Source: Collinsella sp.
Lineage (GTDB): Bacteria; Actinomycetota; Coriobacteriia; Coriobacteriales; Coriobacteriaceae
Assembly: GCA_048168905.1 (NCBI GenBank)
Contig: DBEXMY010000268.1
Coordinates: 1-37,282, forward strand
DNA: 37,282 nucleotides
Direction of reading: 5' to 3'
Shown: piece after piece, positions 36,901-37,282 of the stretch
Numbering within the stretch: the first letter of the stretch is position 1
How the letters are laid out: every line of letters begins with the position of its first letter
The notes under the pieces: generated by a model
Told to the model about the DNA's origin: nothing
Database searches by the model: none
The model's input: the letters and a program-made list of their open reading frames with translations, nothing else
Program-made: the position numbers and the translations under genes

Positions 36901-36939
36901 GGCGGTAGCGGCGCGCGGGTCGGTTGAGGTGGTGGGCAT
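33904..36939 (-). CDS. Insulinase-family (M16C, presequence protease-like) zinc metallopeptidase
   Basis: HILEHSVLCGS (HxxEH), FLNAMT, FEQEGWH, GVVFNEMKG, IRVKGGAYG, YRDP; AAAGGAG RBS before ATG 36939. Confidence 0.95.
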   Translation of the reverse strand: MPTTSTDPRAATAALLVPGTTCHGFAIERCETVPELDSDAYVLRHTVSGARLLYLACDDENKAFAIGFKTPPADSTGVFHILEHSVLCGSAKFPVKEPFVDLIKSSMQTFLNAMTYHDKTIYPVATTNEQDLYNLMDVYLDAVFNPAIYTKPTIFEQEGWHYELDLPEGDGDSSAASLHEGTLRYNGVVFNEMKGALSDPMSVLDDAVNAALYPDTAYAHESGGDPRAIPALTYEQFLDTHARHYNPSNSYITLYGDLDVDRALAFLDERYLSQPSAASRRMDAAVAAGEDPSTLAPNPLDAQAPVTCEYKRIEMATTPENALVGLGLVLGSALDRKRTIAADILFEALLGSNEAPVKKAILAAGLGGNVVSYTAAESLQPYELIMLQNAQPGVARELRRVFQDACRDLCEHGVPRERLEAIISSNEYDLRQRDYGIADGVAIACDALSTWLYDDDAATLALKYGPVYEELRSELDGSYFEDLLRELVLENDHMALVELVPVDAAEGSEGAEAAELAAKRDAMTDAELTDVVERTAALRAAQEAEDTPEAKATLPRLRVSDIGEARPEPPLIVDTTVPIPCLRHGIPTNRLAYAMQYFDLNCVAFEDLPYVTLLCRLLKQLPTREHSAEELDNLLAGKLGFLSFTTEVMTQPEVDGVRPYLLVSAGALSEKIDALASLPREVWSSTLLADADADRVRDVLTQIRIGLEQGFINNGHSAALGRAMSYSSPSAVVREQLSGVDFYLFLRDLLDHFDERVNGLRTKLAELAGRIFVADGCLASFTGSDEDFNAYWAAAGDLELGAGDGADAGRNALVVPTPCDRHEAFVIPSDICFAASACDPRRLGIDVTGAWAVAANALSYDYLWNEIRVKGGAYGCGFRAAGERQAAFYTYRDPAIDPSIERVARAGEWLGSFDPDEAAFEGFIVSCVSGMDAPVKPYALTKRRNTTYLAGLDPHAREERRAQMLAATPGELRSLGADVTRIAAESPTCVFGGRDVIAKSNAGFNVVDLLG

Positions 36940-37074
36940 ATGCAGTCTCCTTTGACGCCCCAGCGGGGGCGAATCGAGTCGAATCCTCGAAAGTATACCC
37001 ATATGGGGCTGCGACCCTGCGGCGAACTGAAGACGATGCCAGCGGATTGGGCATAGGTCCCGCGTGCCCGCCGC

Positions 37075-37253
37075 ACGAGCGTGGAAAATTGGACACTCGC
37101 CAAACGAGAGTGGATATTCGGACGGACGAGCGAGGATTTCCGGAGACCTATCGAACGAGAGTGGATATTTGGACGGAATTTGCCGCAAAAGCCCCAAAAA
37201 CCGTCCAAATATCCACTCTCGATATCCGACCGTCCGAAAATCCTCGCTCGTCC
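37075..37253. repeat. Array of 22-bp units related to family A tail, forming a long inverted repeat
   Basis: Four direct units (37075, 37104, 37126, 37155) and two inverted units (37201-37221, 37230-37253); 37156-37176 / 37201-37221 is a perfect 21-bp IR. Confidence 0.88.
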
Positions 37254-37282
37254 ATCACTTGCGTATCTCTCGTCTCTCATTC

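Noticed and set aside
36940..37197. N-terminal extension of the M16C peptidase in the ORF track
   Set aside because: It translates the repeat array; a good RBS precedes ATG 36939
37075..37253. CRISPR array
   Set aside because: Units are degenerate, gaps are only 0-7 bp, some units are inverted, and no cas genes are present

Overview
High-GC chromosomal window, most consistent with a gut Coriobacteriaceae such as Collinsella (inferred from gene content and codon style, not from a database match). From left to right: a small membrane protein; a lower-GC two-gene cassette (DUF6036-like nucleotidyltransferase plus a translationally coupled HTH protein); a housekeeping run (rmuC, ABC exporter, nth, mfd, PAP2, ltaE, GNAT); a ~15 kb fructosamine (Amadori product) utilisation region with a mannose-family PTS, three FrlB-like SIS deglycases, three GntR/UTRA regulators, EamA, HAD and YitT genes, interrupted by recQ; an LDH-family dehydrogenase; metA; a solitary AbiEi-wHTH/PD-(D/E)XK-type gene; 5-formyl-THF cyclo-ligase; a Zn-ribbon surface protein; and an M16C peptidase. 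The strongest unexplained signal is intergenic: several distinct families of palindromic REP/MITE-like elements. One family (18-bp arms, fixed 28-bp spacer, 22-bp tandem tail) brackets the AbiEi-nuclease gene and recurs gene-free elsewhere, suggesting a RAYT/REPIN-like nuclease-plus-repeat system. Another family shows compensatory base-pair changes and a minus-strand cUUCGg loop, suggesting a structured RNA or ssDNA element. No rRNA, tRNA, CRISPR array or transposase was recognised.
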